Source: Methylophilaceae bacterium (GTDB lineage Bacteria; Pseudomonadota; Gammaproteobacteria; Burkholderiales; Methylophilaceae). Taken from it: 64,000 nucleotides of DNA. Where the stretch lies: contig RFPI01000001.1 in NCBI GenBank assembly GCA_009926205.1, forward strand, positions 328 to 64,327, written 5' to 3'. Below are positions 28,916-38,706 of the stretch, in pieces. Each line of letters begins with the position of its first letter. Within the stretch, counting starts at the first letter, position 1. The translations under genes and the position numbers were made by a program. Below the pieces are notes generated by a model that was not told where the DNA came from, did not search any database, and saw nothing but the letters and a program-made list of their open reading frames with translations.

Positions 28916-29416
28916 ATGCGTTTAATCGTGAGTATTGCTAATCAGCGACTGACCCTGTTGAGTGATCAGCAGCAGGTGCGAGCAGAATATTCCATATCCA
29001 CTGCGAAAAATGGTGTTGGGCAATTAAAAAATTCCGGCTGTACTCCATTAGGTAAACATATCATTCGCGCTAAGATTGGCGCCAACTCCCCAGTCAATGC
29101 AGTGTTTGTGGCACGTCGTTGGACCGGAGAAATTTATACGCCAGCTTTACAGCAAGCGCATCCCACGCGTGACTGGATATTGAGCCGTATTCTTTGGTTG
29201 TCAGGCTGTGAGATTGGATTGAATCGCTTAGGTAACGTCGATACCATGCAGCGCTATATCTATATCCATGGCTGTCCTGATGATGCCCCTATGGGGATCC
29301 CTTTGTCTCATGGTTGCATCCGTATGCGCAATGCCGATGTGATGCAACTGTTTGATATGGTGTCGGTGGGGACTGAGGTCGATATCCAGTTGGACGCCAC
29401 GATACATTCAGCATGA
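28916..29416 (+). CDS. L,D-transpeptidase (YkuD) catalytic-domain protein
   Basis: It carries the catalytic signature IHG....(12)...SHGCIRM. The start is uncertain: ATG 28916 gives no signal peptide, and the upstream TTG 28841 adds 25 aa. Confidence 0.75.
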   Translation: MRLIVSIANQRLTLLSDQQQVRAEYSISTAKNGVGQLKNSGCTPLGKHIIRAKIGANSPVNAVFVARRWTGEIYTPALQQAHPTRDWILSRILWLSGCEIGLNRLGNVDTMQRYIYIHGCPDDAPMGIPLSHGCIRMRNADVMQLFDMVSVGTEVDIQLDATIHSA

Positions 29417-30354
29417 TGGCGCGTTTTTTCAGTCTGCTTTGGGTCGTATTCGGTGTCTTATTATTCACCTTTTTATTCATACATTTATTGCCGGGTGACC
29501 CGGTGATGGTCATGTTGGGGGAGAGTGCCAGCAGCGCTGAACAATCTGTCCTAAGACTACAATTAGGTTTGGATTTACCTATTTGGCAGCAATTTACGCA
29601 TTATCTGTGGCGCATTCTGCAGGGTGACTGGGGTCAGTCACTGTTTAGCCATACTTCAGTGGCACAACTACTAGCAATGCGCTGGTGGGCCACTGCTCAG
29701 TTGGCATTATTGGCATTATGTATTGGCGCTAGTGTGGGCTTGCCCTTGGGAGTGTGGGCGGCGCTAGGATATCAACGTTGGCCAGATCATTTAGCCAGTA
29801 TTTTTAGTCTCAGTATTTCAGCGATGCCTCATTTTTGTCTTGGGCCCCTCATGATGTTGCTGTTTGCGCTTAAGCTTGGATGGTTGCCAGTCAGTGGCAT
29901 GGATTATCCTAGTAGTATTGTTCTGCCAGCACTCACTTTAGGATTCGGTTTGGCTGCTATTTTGACGCGTATGACGCGTGCCAGTTTATTAGAAGTCTTA
30001 CATGAAGATTTTGTGCGCACCGCTCGTGCCAAAGGCTTGCCAGAGCGCCAAGTGATTATACGCCACGCCTTGCGCGCGGCTTGTTTGCCAGTCGTCACCA
30101 TTTTGGGTTTGCAGATGGGCAGTCTGTTGGCTGGCGCAGTGATTACTGAAACGGTATTTGCTTGGGATGGCATAGGGCGACTATTGGTCGAGTCTATCGA
30201 GAAGCGAGACTATCCAGTCACGCAAGCTTGCGTCATGGTCATCGCGCTGAGTTATGTACTGATCAACTTCTTGACGGAGTTGTTGTATCAGCAAGTTGAT
30301 CCAAGATTGCGTCGTCGATTCAATCGCGGCGCTGTATCAGGAGGCGCAGCTTGA
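29413..30354 (+). CDS. ABC transporter permease, Opp/Dpp (DppB-like) family
   Basis: 313 aa, six predicted TM segments, N-terminal HLLPGDP and the EAA loop region (DFVRTARAKGL...ALR). An ATGA overlap joins it to the preceding gene. Confidence 0.85.
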   Translation: MMARFFSLLWVVFGVLLFTFLFIHLLPGDPVMVMLGESASSAEQSVLRLQLGLDLPIWQQFTHYLWRILQGDWGQSLFSHTSVAQLLAMRWWATAQLALLALCIGASVGLPLGVWAALGYQRWPDHLASIFSLSISAMPHFCLGPLMMLLFALKLGWLPVSGMDYPSSIVLPALTLGFGLAAILTRMTRASLLEVLHEDFVRTARAKGLPERQVIIRHALRAACLPVVTILGLQMGSLLAGAVITETVFAWDGIGRLLVESIEKRDYPVTQACVMVIALSYVLINFLTELLYQQVDPRLRRRFNRGAVSGGAA

Positions 30355-31175
30355 TGCGCTTACAGTTGAATAGTTTGCCTAGCTTGAGTTGGGCGCATTG
30401 GCCTGCAGGGCTTATATTGTTTTGGCTAGTATGCGCACTGCTGGGGTATTTGTTGCCGCAAGCTCAGCCTGACCTCACGCATATTTTACAAGCACCCAAT
30501 GGACATGCCATCTTGGGCTACGACGATGTGGGTCGAGAAATACTACCGCGCTTGTTACAGGGTGCTCGAATATCCCTTAGTGTGGCTTTATTAGTATCTT
30601 TATTAAGTGCGGTTGTGGGGATTAGTTTGGGCTTGTGCGCAGGTTATTTTGGCGGCTTTTTTGATACCTTGTTAATGCGTATCACGGATATATTTTTAGC
30701 TTTCCCCGGCATACTTTTGGCGTTGGCATTTGCTGCGATTTTGGGGCCAGGTTTGAGTAATGTGATTCTTGCACTGAGTCTGACCGCTTGGGTCAGTTAT
30801 GCGCGTTTAAGCCGCATACAAGCGCAATCGGTCAGTCAACAACAACACGTATTGGCTGCCAAATCCTTAGGTGCCGCACATCGCCGTATTTTGTGGCGGC
30901 ATGTATTACCATTATTAAGTGCTCCCTTGTTAGTCGAAGCAACCTACAGTATGGCGAGCTTGGTCATTGCTGAGGCCAGTTTGTCGTTTTTGGGTTTGGG
31001 GGTACAAGTGCCCCATCCATCATGGGGCGCAATGTTGCGAGATGCGGTACGCTATATGTTGGTGGCGCCGCATTATGTGTTGGTGGTCGGATTAAGTTTG
31101 GTTTCTTTAGTGTTGGCAGTGAATCGTTTGGGTGATCAGTTGCGTAGCCAGTTTGATGTGAGAGGAAAGTCATGA
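30351..31175 (+). CDS. ABC transporter permease, Opp/Dpp (DppC-like) family
   Basis: 274 aa, colinear with the DppC/OppC type (ILGYDDVGREILPRLL, the AAKSLGA EAA loop). The TTG 30351 / ATG 30354 start overlaps the upstream stop and lies behind AGGAGG. Confidence 0.85.
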   Translation: MMRLQLNSLPSLSWAHWPAGLILFWLVCALLGYLLPQAQPDLTHILQAPNGHAILGYDDVGREILPRLLQGARISLSVALLVSLLSAVVGISLGLCAGYFGGFFDTLLMRITDIFLAFPGILLALAFAAILGPGLSNVILALSLTAWVSYARLSRIQAQSVSQQQHVLAAKSLGAAHRRILWRHVLPLLSAPLLVEATYSMASLVIAEASLSFLGLGVQVPHPSWGAMLRDAVRYMLVAPHYVLVVGLSLVSLVLAVNRLGDQLRSQFDVRGKS

Positions 31176-32227
31176 GTTTGGGTCCAGTGATGATCGATGT
31201 GATAGGCACCGAGTTGACCAATGAGGATATTCAGCGCTTGCAACACCCTTTGGTGGGCGGTGTGATTTTATTTAGTCGCAACTATCAATCGCCGTCGCAG
31301 TTACAACAATTGACGCAGCAAATTCGTGCGGTAAGAACGCCACCATTACTCATCGCTGTGGATCACGAGGGTGGGCGGGTGCAGCGTTTCCGTGAAGGAT
31401 TTACTGCAATTCCCGCGATGCGAGAGTTTGGCAAAATTTGGGATGTACATCCCAAAAAGGCAAAACATTTGGCGCACTTGGCCGGCTGGATATTAGCCGC
31501 AGAGTTACGTGCGCATGGGGTAGATTTTAGTTTTGCACCGGTATTGGATATGGATTATGGGGATAGTTTGGTGATCGGTAATCGTGCTTTTCATCTCAAT
31601 CCAGTCGCTATTCATGATTTGGCTTTTGCCCTGATGCAAGGTCTCAAACAAGGGGGCATGCAGGCGGTGGGTAAGCATTTTCCTGGGCATGGGTTTGTCC
31701 GCGCCGATTCGCATGTGGATATTCCGATAGATGAGCGTGCATTTGATGAGATTGCCCAGCATGACATGCAACCGTTCCGTAACATGATAGACGATGGATT
31801 GGCGGCCATGATGCCTGCTCATGTCATTTATCCTAAAGTGGATAGTAAGCCCGCCGGATTTTCACGCTTATGGTTACAAAAAGTGTTACGTGAACGTTTG
31901 GGCTTTGACGGGGTGATTTTTAGCGATGATCTCTCCATGGAAGGTGCAAGTGTAGCGGGGGATGTGACTGCGCGCGCGCTTGCAGCATTGGAAGCAGGTT
32001 GCGATATGGTGTTGTTATGCAATCGCCCAGACTTGGCGGATGAGTTGCTGGCCCAATTAAAGTGGAAATCCAGTGCTGTGAGTATGGCGCGTTTGGTGCG
32101 TATGCACGGAGCCCCTCAGCCACCCTCTATGGTGAAATTACATGAGGATGCTGAATTTGTAAGTGCGCTTAAGCAAGTCGGGCTGGTTGGTAAGCAAGAG
32201 TTGGATTTGTTTGCGCAAGAAGATTAA
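31172..32227 (+). CDS. nagZ: Beta-N-acetylhexosaminidase NagZ (GH3)
   Basis: GPVMIDV.GTELT, AVDHEGGRVQRF, KHFPGHG and FSDDLSM match NagZ. An ATGA overlap joins it to the permease gene. Confidence 0.92.
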   Translation: MSLGPVMIDVIGTELTNEDIQRLQHPLVGGVILFSRNYQSPSQLQQLTQQIRAVRTPPLLIAVDHEGGRVQRFREGFTAIPAMREFGKIWDVHPKKAKHLAHLAGWILAAELRAHGVDFSFAPVLDMDYGDSLVIGNRAFHLNPVAIHDLAFALMQGLKQGGMQAVGKHFPGHGFVRADSHVDIPIDERAFDEIAQHDMQPFRNMIDDGLAAMMPAHVIYPKVDSKPAGFSRLWLQKVLRERLGFDGVIFSDDLSMEGASVAGDVTARALAALEAGCDMVLLCNRPDLADELLAQLKWKSSAVSMARLVRMHGAPQPPSMVKLHEDAEFVSALKQVGLVGKQELDLFAQED

Positions 32228-32268
32228 CGATTAAGGCTAATCTATCGCAGATTAATTGCGCGATTGCC

Positions 32269-32297
32269 CTTGAAACTTCGTATCAAAGTCGCTATCT
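32269..32297 (+). promoter_or_regulatory. Candidate sigma-32-type promoter upstream of the BI-1/YccA gene
   Basis: CTTGAAA (32269-32275), a 14-nt spacer, then CGCTATCT (32290-32297). It is nearly identical in form to the htpG promoter in this window. Confidence 0.45.
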
Positions 32298-32336
32298 TAA
32301 GTAATGTTGTTGTTCAACTTTTAAAGGAAGTAAACC

Positions 32337-33029
32337 ATGTCAGACAATATTCAAGTGTTATCTCGTGACGCAAGTGCCAATGTGGCGCAAAACAGAGTGC
32401 TGCGTAACACTTATGCCTTGCTAGGATTGAGCCTTATTCCTACTGCTATCGGCGCTATGCTCGGTATGCAAATGAATTTCTCGTTTATGGCGCAGCACCC
32501 CATTATTTTTACTTTGGGTTTCTTTGCGGTGATGTTTGTCCTATTCCAAGCCATCGCTGCCAATCAAAATCGTGCGCTAGGTATCTGGTTGCTGTTAGGG
32601 ATGACGTTCTTGTTTGGCTTGATGCTAGGTCCAATTTTGCAAGTCGCTTTCGCTCTGCGTAACGGTGCTGAAATTGTTGGTCTTGCGGCCGGAGGCACTG
32701 CGCTGACGTTCTTGAGTCTTGCTGCTATTGGTTCATCCCCAGCGCGCGATTTCAGTGGCTTAGGAAAATTCTTATTTGTCGGTTTGATTCTTGCCGTGAT
32801 TGCCTCATTGGTCAACATGTTCTTGCATATCCCCGTGATGTCACTGGCAATTTCTGGAATCTCTGTACTGATTTTTTCAGGTTACATTCTTTATGATGTG
32901 AATCAAATCGTACGGGGTGGTCAGACTAACTATGTGATGGCTACTTTAGCCTTGTACTTGGATATCTATAATCTATTCGTTAATTTGCTATATCTATTGA
33001 TGTCGATTATGGGTAATAACCGCGAATAA
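32337..33029 (+). CDS. Bax inhibitor-1/YccA family membrane protein
   Basis: 230 aa with seven hydrophobic segments. The N-terminal VLRNTYALLGLSL and C-terminal LYLDIYNLF patterns fit the family. Confidence 0.85.
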   Translation: MSDNIQVLSRDASANVAQNRVLRNTYALLGLSLIPTAIGAMLGMQMNFSFMAQHPIIFTLGFFAVMFVLFQAIAANQNRALGIWLLLGMTFLFGLMLGPILQVAFALRNGAEIVGLAAGGTALTFLSLAAIGSSPARDFSGLGKFLFVGLILAVIASLVNMFLHIPVMSLAISGISVLIFSGYILYDVNQIVRGGQTNYVMATLALYLDIYNLFVNLLYLLMSIMGNNRE

Positions 33030-33040
33030 GTTTATCCGAT

Positions 33041-33068
33041 AAAAAAACCGCCTAAGGGCGGTTTTTTT
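33041..33068. terminator. Bidirectional rho-independent terminator between the BI-1 gene and tadA
   Basis: AAAAAAACCGCC-taag-GGCGGTTTTTTT, with an A run and a T run on either side, sits between convergent genes. Confidence 0.85.
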
Positions 33069-33115
33069 ATGTCTGTATGTGGCTACTTATGAACATGGTT
33101 GCTGGGGAAAAATAC

Positions 33116-34418
<1,303 letters not shown>

Positions 34419-34446
34419 AAGCATTAAGATATTACAGCCTAGCAGG

Positions 34447-35337
34447 TTAAGACAAAAAGTTAGTTTGTTGTAATTTTTGTAACCACCAACGATGCGCTTG
34501 TCCCTCCGCCTGTGCATTCCATCCGATATACATCGCTGTGTCTGGTTTGGGCTCAGCCACTTGTTTAATGATCAACTGACCCTTTTGTACGGCCTCTCTA
34601 GCGAGATGCTCCGGCAAATAGCCTACCCCTAGACCCGCTATTTGCGCTTGTAGTTTGTGCGCTAGCGTAGGTACGGTTAAAACATCTTGACCACTGACTA
34701 CGCCAGAAGTTAAAGGCACTAGAGTGCGCGAACTGTCTGCAGCGACGATGGAACGATATTGCACAATATCGAGATTTTTTAGGGGCTCAGGTAACTGTGC
34801 AAGCGGATGTTGCGGGTGCACAGCAAAGACAAAATTCAGTATACCCATCGATTTGGAATTGATGCCACTACTCATTGGACAATCCCCCGGTGCGCCGATG
34901 ACAATATCGCTGCGTCCAAAAATCAATGAGTCCCACACGCCACCATAGACCTCTTGGCTAATTTTGATACGAGTACCTAAATTCAATTGATAAAACTGAT
35001 CCACTAGATTCCAAATACTCTGGTATGCAATCGCATCGCCCATACACAAATTGAGTTCAGTTTCTACGCCGTTGGCTAATCGTTTAACCCGCCGCTCTAA
35101 TTCACTGGCAGCCTGTAATAGCGTTCTTCCCTGCGCCAATAGCTCCTCACCAGCAGGGGTGAGGGTGGCCTTATGGCCATTACGGTCAAAAATTTTGACA
35201 CCCAAGTCTTCTTCCAGCTTGCGAACGTTATAGGTAATGGCAGAGGGCACGCGAAACAGTGCGTTGGCAGCAGCAGCAAAGCTGCCTTTGCGAGCAATGG
35301 TATCGATGACTTGTAGTGCATCTAGACTAATATTCAT
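34447..35337 (-). CDS. LysR-family transcriptional regulator
   Basis: It has an N-terminal wHTH (FAAAANALFRVPSAITYNVRKLEEDLGVKIFDR) and a C-terminal substrate-binding domain. It is divergent from the pirin gene. Confidence 0.9.
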   Translation of the reverse strand: MNISLDALQVIDTIARKGSFAAAANALFRVPSAITYNVRKLEEDLGVKIFDRNGHKATLTPAGEELLAQGRTLLQAASELERRVKRLANGVETELNLCMGDAIAYQSIWNLVDQFYQLNLGTRIKISQEVYGGVWDSLIFGRSDIVIGAPGDCPMSSGINSKSMGILNFVFAVHPQHPLAQLPEPLKNLDIVQYRSIVAADSSRTLVPLTSGVVSGQDVLTVPTLAHKLQAQIAGLGVGYLPEHLAREAVQKGQLIIKQVAEPKPDTAMYIGWNAQAEGQAHRWWLQKLQQTNFLS

Positions 35338-35418
35338 ATTTTTTGAATGAAAAAACCAAAATAATTACATTTATATCATATCAGTCTTTATTTATCATAG
35401 AGTTAATAATAATTCTTC

Positions 35419-35433
35419 TTCAGAAATTCTGAA
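35419..35433. promoter_or_regulatory. Candidate LysR-type operator (perfect 7-1-7 palindrome containing T-N11-A)
   Basis: TTCAGAAaTTCTGAA lies in the 172-bp divergent spacer, about 80 bp from each flanking ATG. Confidence 0.5.
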
Positions 35434-35470
35434 TACTAACTCACAACATAATGTCAAAAGGTGATGAAAG

Positions 35471-36241
35471 ATGTTTTTATCAAGTTATATTAAAACGAGA
35501 GATAGATTAATGCAGCAAACAAAGACTCAAATGCCTATCGAGTATCGTAGCGCCCGTTCACGCGGTAAGCGTCAAGATAACTGGGTAAGCTCTTTCTTTT
35601 CATTTTGTTTTAATGACTATTATGATCCAGCAAGAACACACTTTTCTAAGCTTAGGGCTATCAATGACGATGTGATTGCCCCTGCAACTGGTTTTGATAC
35701 GCATCCACACCGGGATATGGAAATTATTACCTATGTTTTATCTGGTGCATTACAACATGCTGACAATTTGGGACATGAGCGCACCATTTATGCCGGACAA
35801 GTGCAAGCGATGTGTGCTGGAAGCGGGATAGTTCATAGCGAGCATAACCCGTCTAATTCTGACAACGTACATTTATTGCAAATCTGGGTGCTGCCCAACC
35901 AAAAAGGTTTGCCTCCCAGTTATGCCGAGGCGGAATTTCCTCATGTAATGAAACGCCAACAATGGTGTTTGATTGCAAGCCCTGATGGCCAAGATGATTC
36001 ATTACTCATCAATCAGGATATGCGTTTATGGTCTACGCTGATGCAAAAAGATGAGCGTATGCAATTTATGAGTCAACCTGGCAGAGCCTGTTATGTCCAT
36101 GTGGCAAGAGGTAGTGTGTCCATTAATCAACACAAAATGACGGCTGGGGACGCTTTGGCGATTGAAGAGTTGAGTGATGATCTAATCCTAACAGCAAGTG
36201 CTGAAGCAGAAATCTTGTTGTTTGATTTGCCTATGGATTAG
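35471..36241 (+). CDS. Pirin-family protein
   Basis: The cupin metal site HPHRDMEI and ...SE.HNPS are colinear with E. coli YhhW. The start is ambiguous. ATG 35471 has an AAGGTG SD, while ATG 35531 (MPIEYRS) matches the YhhW N terminus best. Confidence 0.85.
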   Translation: MFLSSYIKTRDRLMQQTKTQMPIEYRSARSRGKRQDNWVSSFFSFCFNDYYDPARTHFSKLRAINDDVIAPATGFDTHPHRDMEIITYVLSGALQHADNLGHERTIYAGQVQAMCAGSGIVHSEHNPSNSDNVHLLQIWVLPNQKGLPPSYAEAEFPHVMKRQQWCLIASPDGQDDSLLINQDMRLWSTLMQKDERMQFMSQPGRACYVHVARGSVSINQHKMTAGDALAIEELSDDLILTASAEAEILLFDLPMD

Positions 36242-36282
36242 CTAATCGTTAAACAATCGTTTTTTTGTATGAGGAGCAAATT

Positions 36283-36897
36283 ATGCAAATGATTCATTTT
36301 TTTTCTAAACAATATTTTTTCTCTGCTTTATTACTTGTATTGCTGAGTAGTCTAAATGTACGTGCAGAGGTTGAAACCTACCAAATCGACCCTCATCACA
36401 GTTCGGCCAATTTTCTTATTCGTCATGTCGTGGCTAAACTTTCTGGAAGTTTCTCTGATGTGAATGGCGAGCTTAGGATTGATCGCAGCAATTTAGCCAA
36501 TTCTAGCGTACAAGCGCGTATTAATATGTCTAGTGTGAATACCCATCACGCGAAACGAGATGAGCACATTAAAAAGTCAGATTATTTGGATGTGATGCAA
36601 TTTGCTGAAATGCAATTTGTCAGTAGTAAAATTGAGCCAGGAAAACAAGCCGACGAGGGTTTGGTGACCGGCACATTGACTTTGCATGGGGTGAGCAAAA
36701 CACTAACATTCCCATTTAAAATTTTGGGATTTGGTAATGATCCTTGGGGTGGCCAACGTACTGGCATACAAGCCAGCACGGTGATTAAAGCCTCCGACTT
36801 CGGCTTTCAGTGGGGACTAAAACCGCAAGCGCCAGTGGGTGACGATATTGAAGTCACTCTGTTGCTTGAAGGTGTTAAGGCCAAAAGTGCCCAGTAA
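36283..36897 (+). CDS. YceI-family periplasmic polyisoprenoid/lipid-binding protein
   Basis: ATG 36283 follows GAGGAG. It has a signal peptide and the YceI patterns (Y.IDP.HS...F.I.H, L.LHGV.K). The TTG 36265 start is less likely. Confidence 0.8.
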   Translation: MQMIHFFSKQYFFSALLLVLLSSLNVRAEVETYQIDPHHSSANFLIRHVVAKLSGSFSDVNGELRIDRSNLANSSVQARINMSSVNTHHAKRDEHIKKSDYLDVMQFAEMQFVSSKIEPGKQADEGLVTGTLTLHGVSKTLTFPFKILGFGNDPWGGQRTGIQASTVIKASDFGFQWGLKPQAPVGDDIEVTLLLEGVKAKSAQ

Positions 36898-36943
36898 TCA
36901 CGATTAATTTTTTAAACTATTTCACAGCGTTTTTGGAGTATCT

Positions 36944-38017
36944 ATGTCTGATTTATTTTCCCCTGTAAAGCTTGGTGCGATTGCACTCAAAAACCGCATG
37001 GTCATGGCGCCGCTGACACGAAATCGAAGCAGCAATGACGGTGTGCCGAATGATTTGAATGTGACCTACTATGCGCAACGAGCATCAGCCGGGTTGATTA
37101 TTACTGAGGCTACTCCAATTTCAGCCATGGCTCATGGCTATCCATTATTGCCTGGCATTTACACTGATGCGCAGGTGGCAGGTTGGAAAAAAGTCACGCA
37201 GGCTGTGCATGCCAAGGGTGGCAAAATAGTGATTCAATTATGGCACGTTGGACGTATCTCGCATCCTAGCTTGTTACCCAATCAGGCGCTGCCGGTTGCT
37301 CCCTCAGCCATCAAGCCAGCGGGCAAAGCGGTTACCTATGAAGGGCTGCAAGATTTTGTCACACCACGGGCGCTAATGCGTGAAGAGTTGCCTGCGATTA
37401 TTCAAGAGTATGAGCATGCGACTCGATGTGCTTTGGAGGCAGGTTTTGATGGCGTAGAGGTTCATTCTGCGAATGGCTACTTGTTAGATCAGTTTTTGCG
37501 AGACGGCACTAATCATCGTGACGATGAGTATGGTGGTAGCATGGAAAATCGTGCACGTCTACTTATGCAAGTTGTCCAAGCAGTGGTGGCTATTGCGGGT
37601 GCTGATAAGGTGGGTGTGCGTTTATCTCCAGTCAACCCTTTTAATGATATGCAGGATAGCAATCCGCAAGCGATGTTTAACTATGTCACACAACAGCTGA
37701 ATGCATACAAACTGGCATACTTGCACGTGGTGGAGGGGGGTATTCATAGTGGCGGTGAGACACAGCCATTTGATTTTGCCGAAATGCGTCGTTTGTGCAA
37801 TTCAGCCTATATGGCAAACTTGGCCTATGATAAGGCGCGCGGCAACGCTGCTATTAGCAGTGGCCATGCTGATGCGGTTGCTTTTGGGGTGCCATTTATT
37901 GCTAATCCAGATTTAGTTGAACGTTATCAACATGATTGGCCTCTTAATGAGGCTGATAGCAATAGCTTTTACGGTGGTACAGAAAAAGGCTATACCGATT
38001 ATCCTTTTTATCAATAA
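36944..38017 (+). CDS. Old Yellow Enzyme family NADH:flavin oxidoreductase (N-ethylmaleimide reductase-like)
   Basis: MAPLTR.R, QLWHVGR, GFDGVE.H.ANGYL.DQF and the C-terminal GVPFIANPDL are typical of NemA/OYE. Confidence 0.9.
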   Translation: MSDLFSPVKLGAIALKNRMVMAPLTRNRSSNDGVPNDLNVTYYAQRASAGLIITEATPISAMAHGYPLLPGIYTDAQVAGWKKVTQAVHAKGGKIVIQLWHVGRISHPSLLPNQALPVAPSAIKPAGKAVTYEGLQDFVTPRALMREELPAIIQEYEHATRCALEAGFDGVEVHSANGYLLDQFLRDGTNHRDDEYGGSMENRARLLMQVVQAVVAIAGADKVGVRLSPVNPFNDMQDSNPQAMFNYVTQQLNAYKLAYLHVVEGGIHSGGETQPFDFAEMRRLCNSAYMANLAYDKARGNAAISSGHADAVAFGVPFIANPDLVERYQHDWPLNEADSNSFYGGTEKGYTDYPFYQ

Positions 38018-38024
38018 GGTAGAT

Positions 38025-38636
38025 ATGACTCAATCCATAGCAAAACCAGCATTGACCCAAGTTCCTATCGATAGCACGATCGCCCAGCGCTGGAGTGGTC
38101 GTAGCTATGATAGTCAGCAAATGCTCAACCAAGACCAGACCATTGCGCTGATTGAGGCGGCAAGATGGGCGCCTTCATGTATGGGCGATCAGCCATGGCG
38201 ATTTGTTGTATGTGACAAGGGGCAACATCCCGAAGCTTGGCAAAAAGCTTACAACTGTTTATCCGAGGGTAATCAAGTCTGGGTAAAAAATGCGCCATGG
38301 ATTTGTATTGTGTGTGCCGATAGTGTCTTTATTAAAAATGGCCAGCCCAATCGCTGGGCGCAATATGATACGGGGGCTGCTGCGCTCAATCTATGTTTGC
38401 AGGCCAGCAGTATGGGCTTGGTTGCCCATCAGTTAGGTGGCTTTGATGCGCAACAAGCCCGTCAATTGTTTGCTATCCCTGAGCAATTCACTTTGATGGC
38501 GATGATTGCGGTGGGATATCCAGCAGCGCCTGATTTGTTAAGCGAGGAATTGCGTCAACGTGAATTGGCACCCAGAGCACGCAAGCCCTTGGCAGATATT
38601 GCATTTGCCGGAGATTGGCAAAACGCGCTGGTCTAA
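38025..38636 (+). CDS. Nitroreductase-family protein
   Basis: From ATG 38025 (MTQSIAKPAL) it shows R.S.R.Y, ...AARWAPS..N/D.QPWRF. The track ORF start at 37917 overlaps the OYE gene and is rejected. Confidence 0.8.
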   Translation: MTQSIAKPALTQVPIDSTIAQRWSGRSYDSQQMLNQDQTIALIEAARWAPSCMGDQPWRFVVCDKGQHPEAWQKAYNCLSEGNQVWVKNAPWICIVCADSVFIKNGQPNRWAQYDTGAAALNLCLQASSMGLVAHQLGGFDAQQARQLFAIPEQFTLMAMIAVGYPAAPDLLSEELRQRELAPRARKPLADIAFAGDWQNALV

Positions 38637-38706
38637 CTGGTTTGCCATGTAGACGAAAGCTTCTGTTAAAATAGCCAACTTTATTGATTAACATATAGGT
38701 CATATC

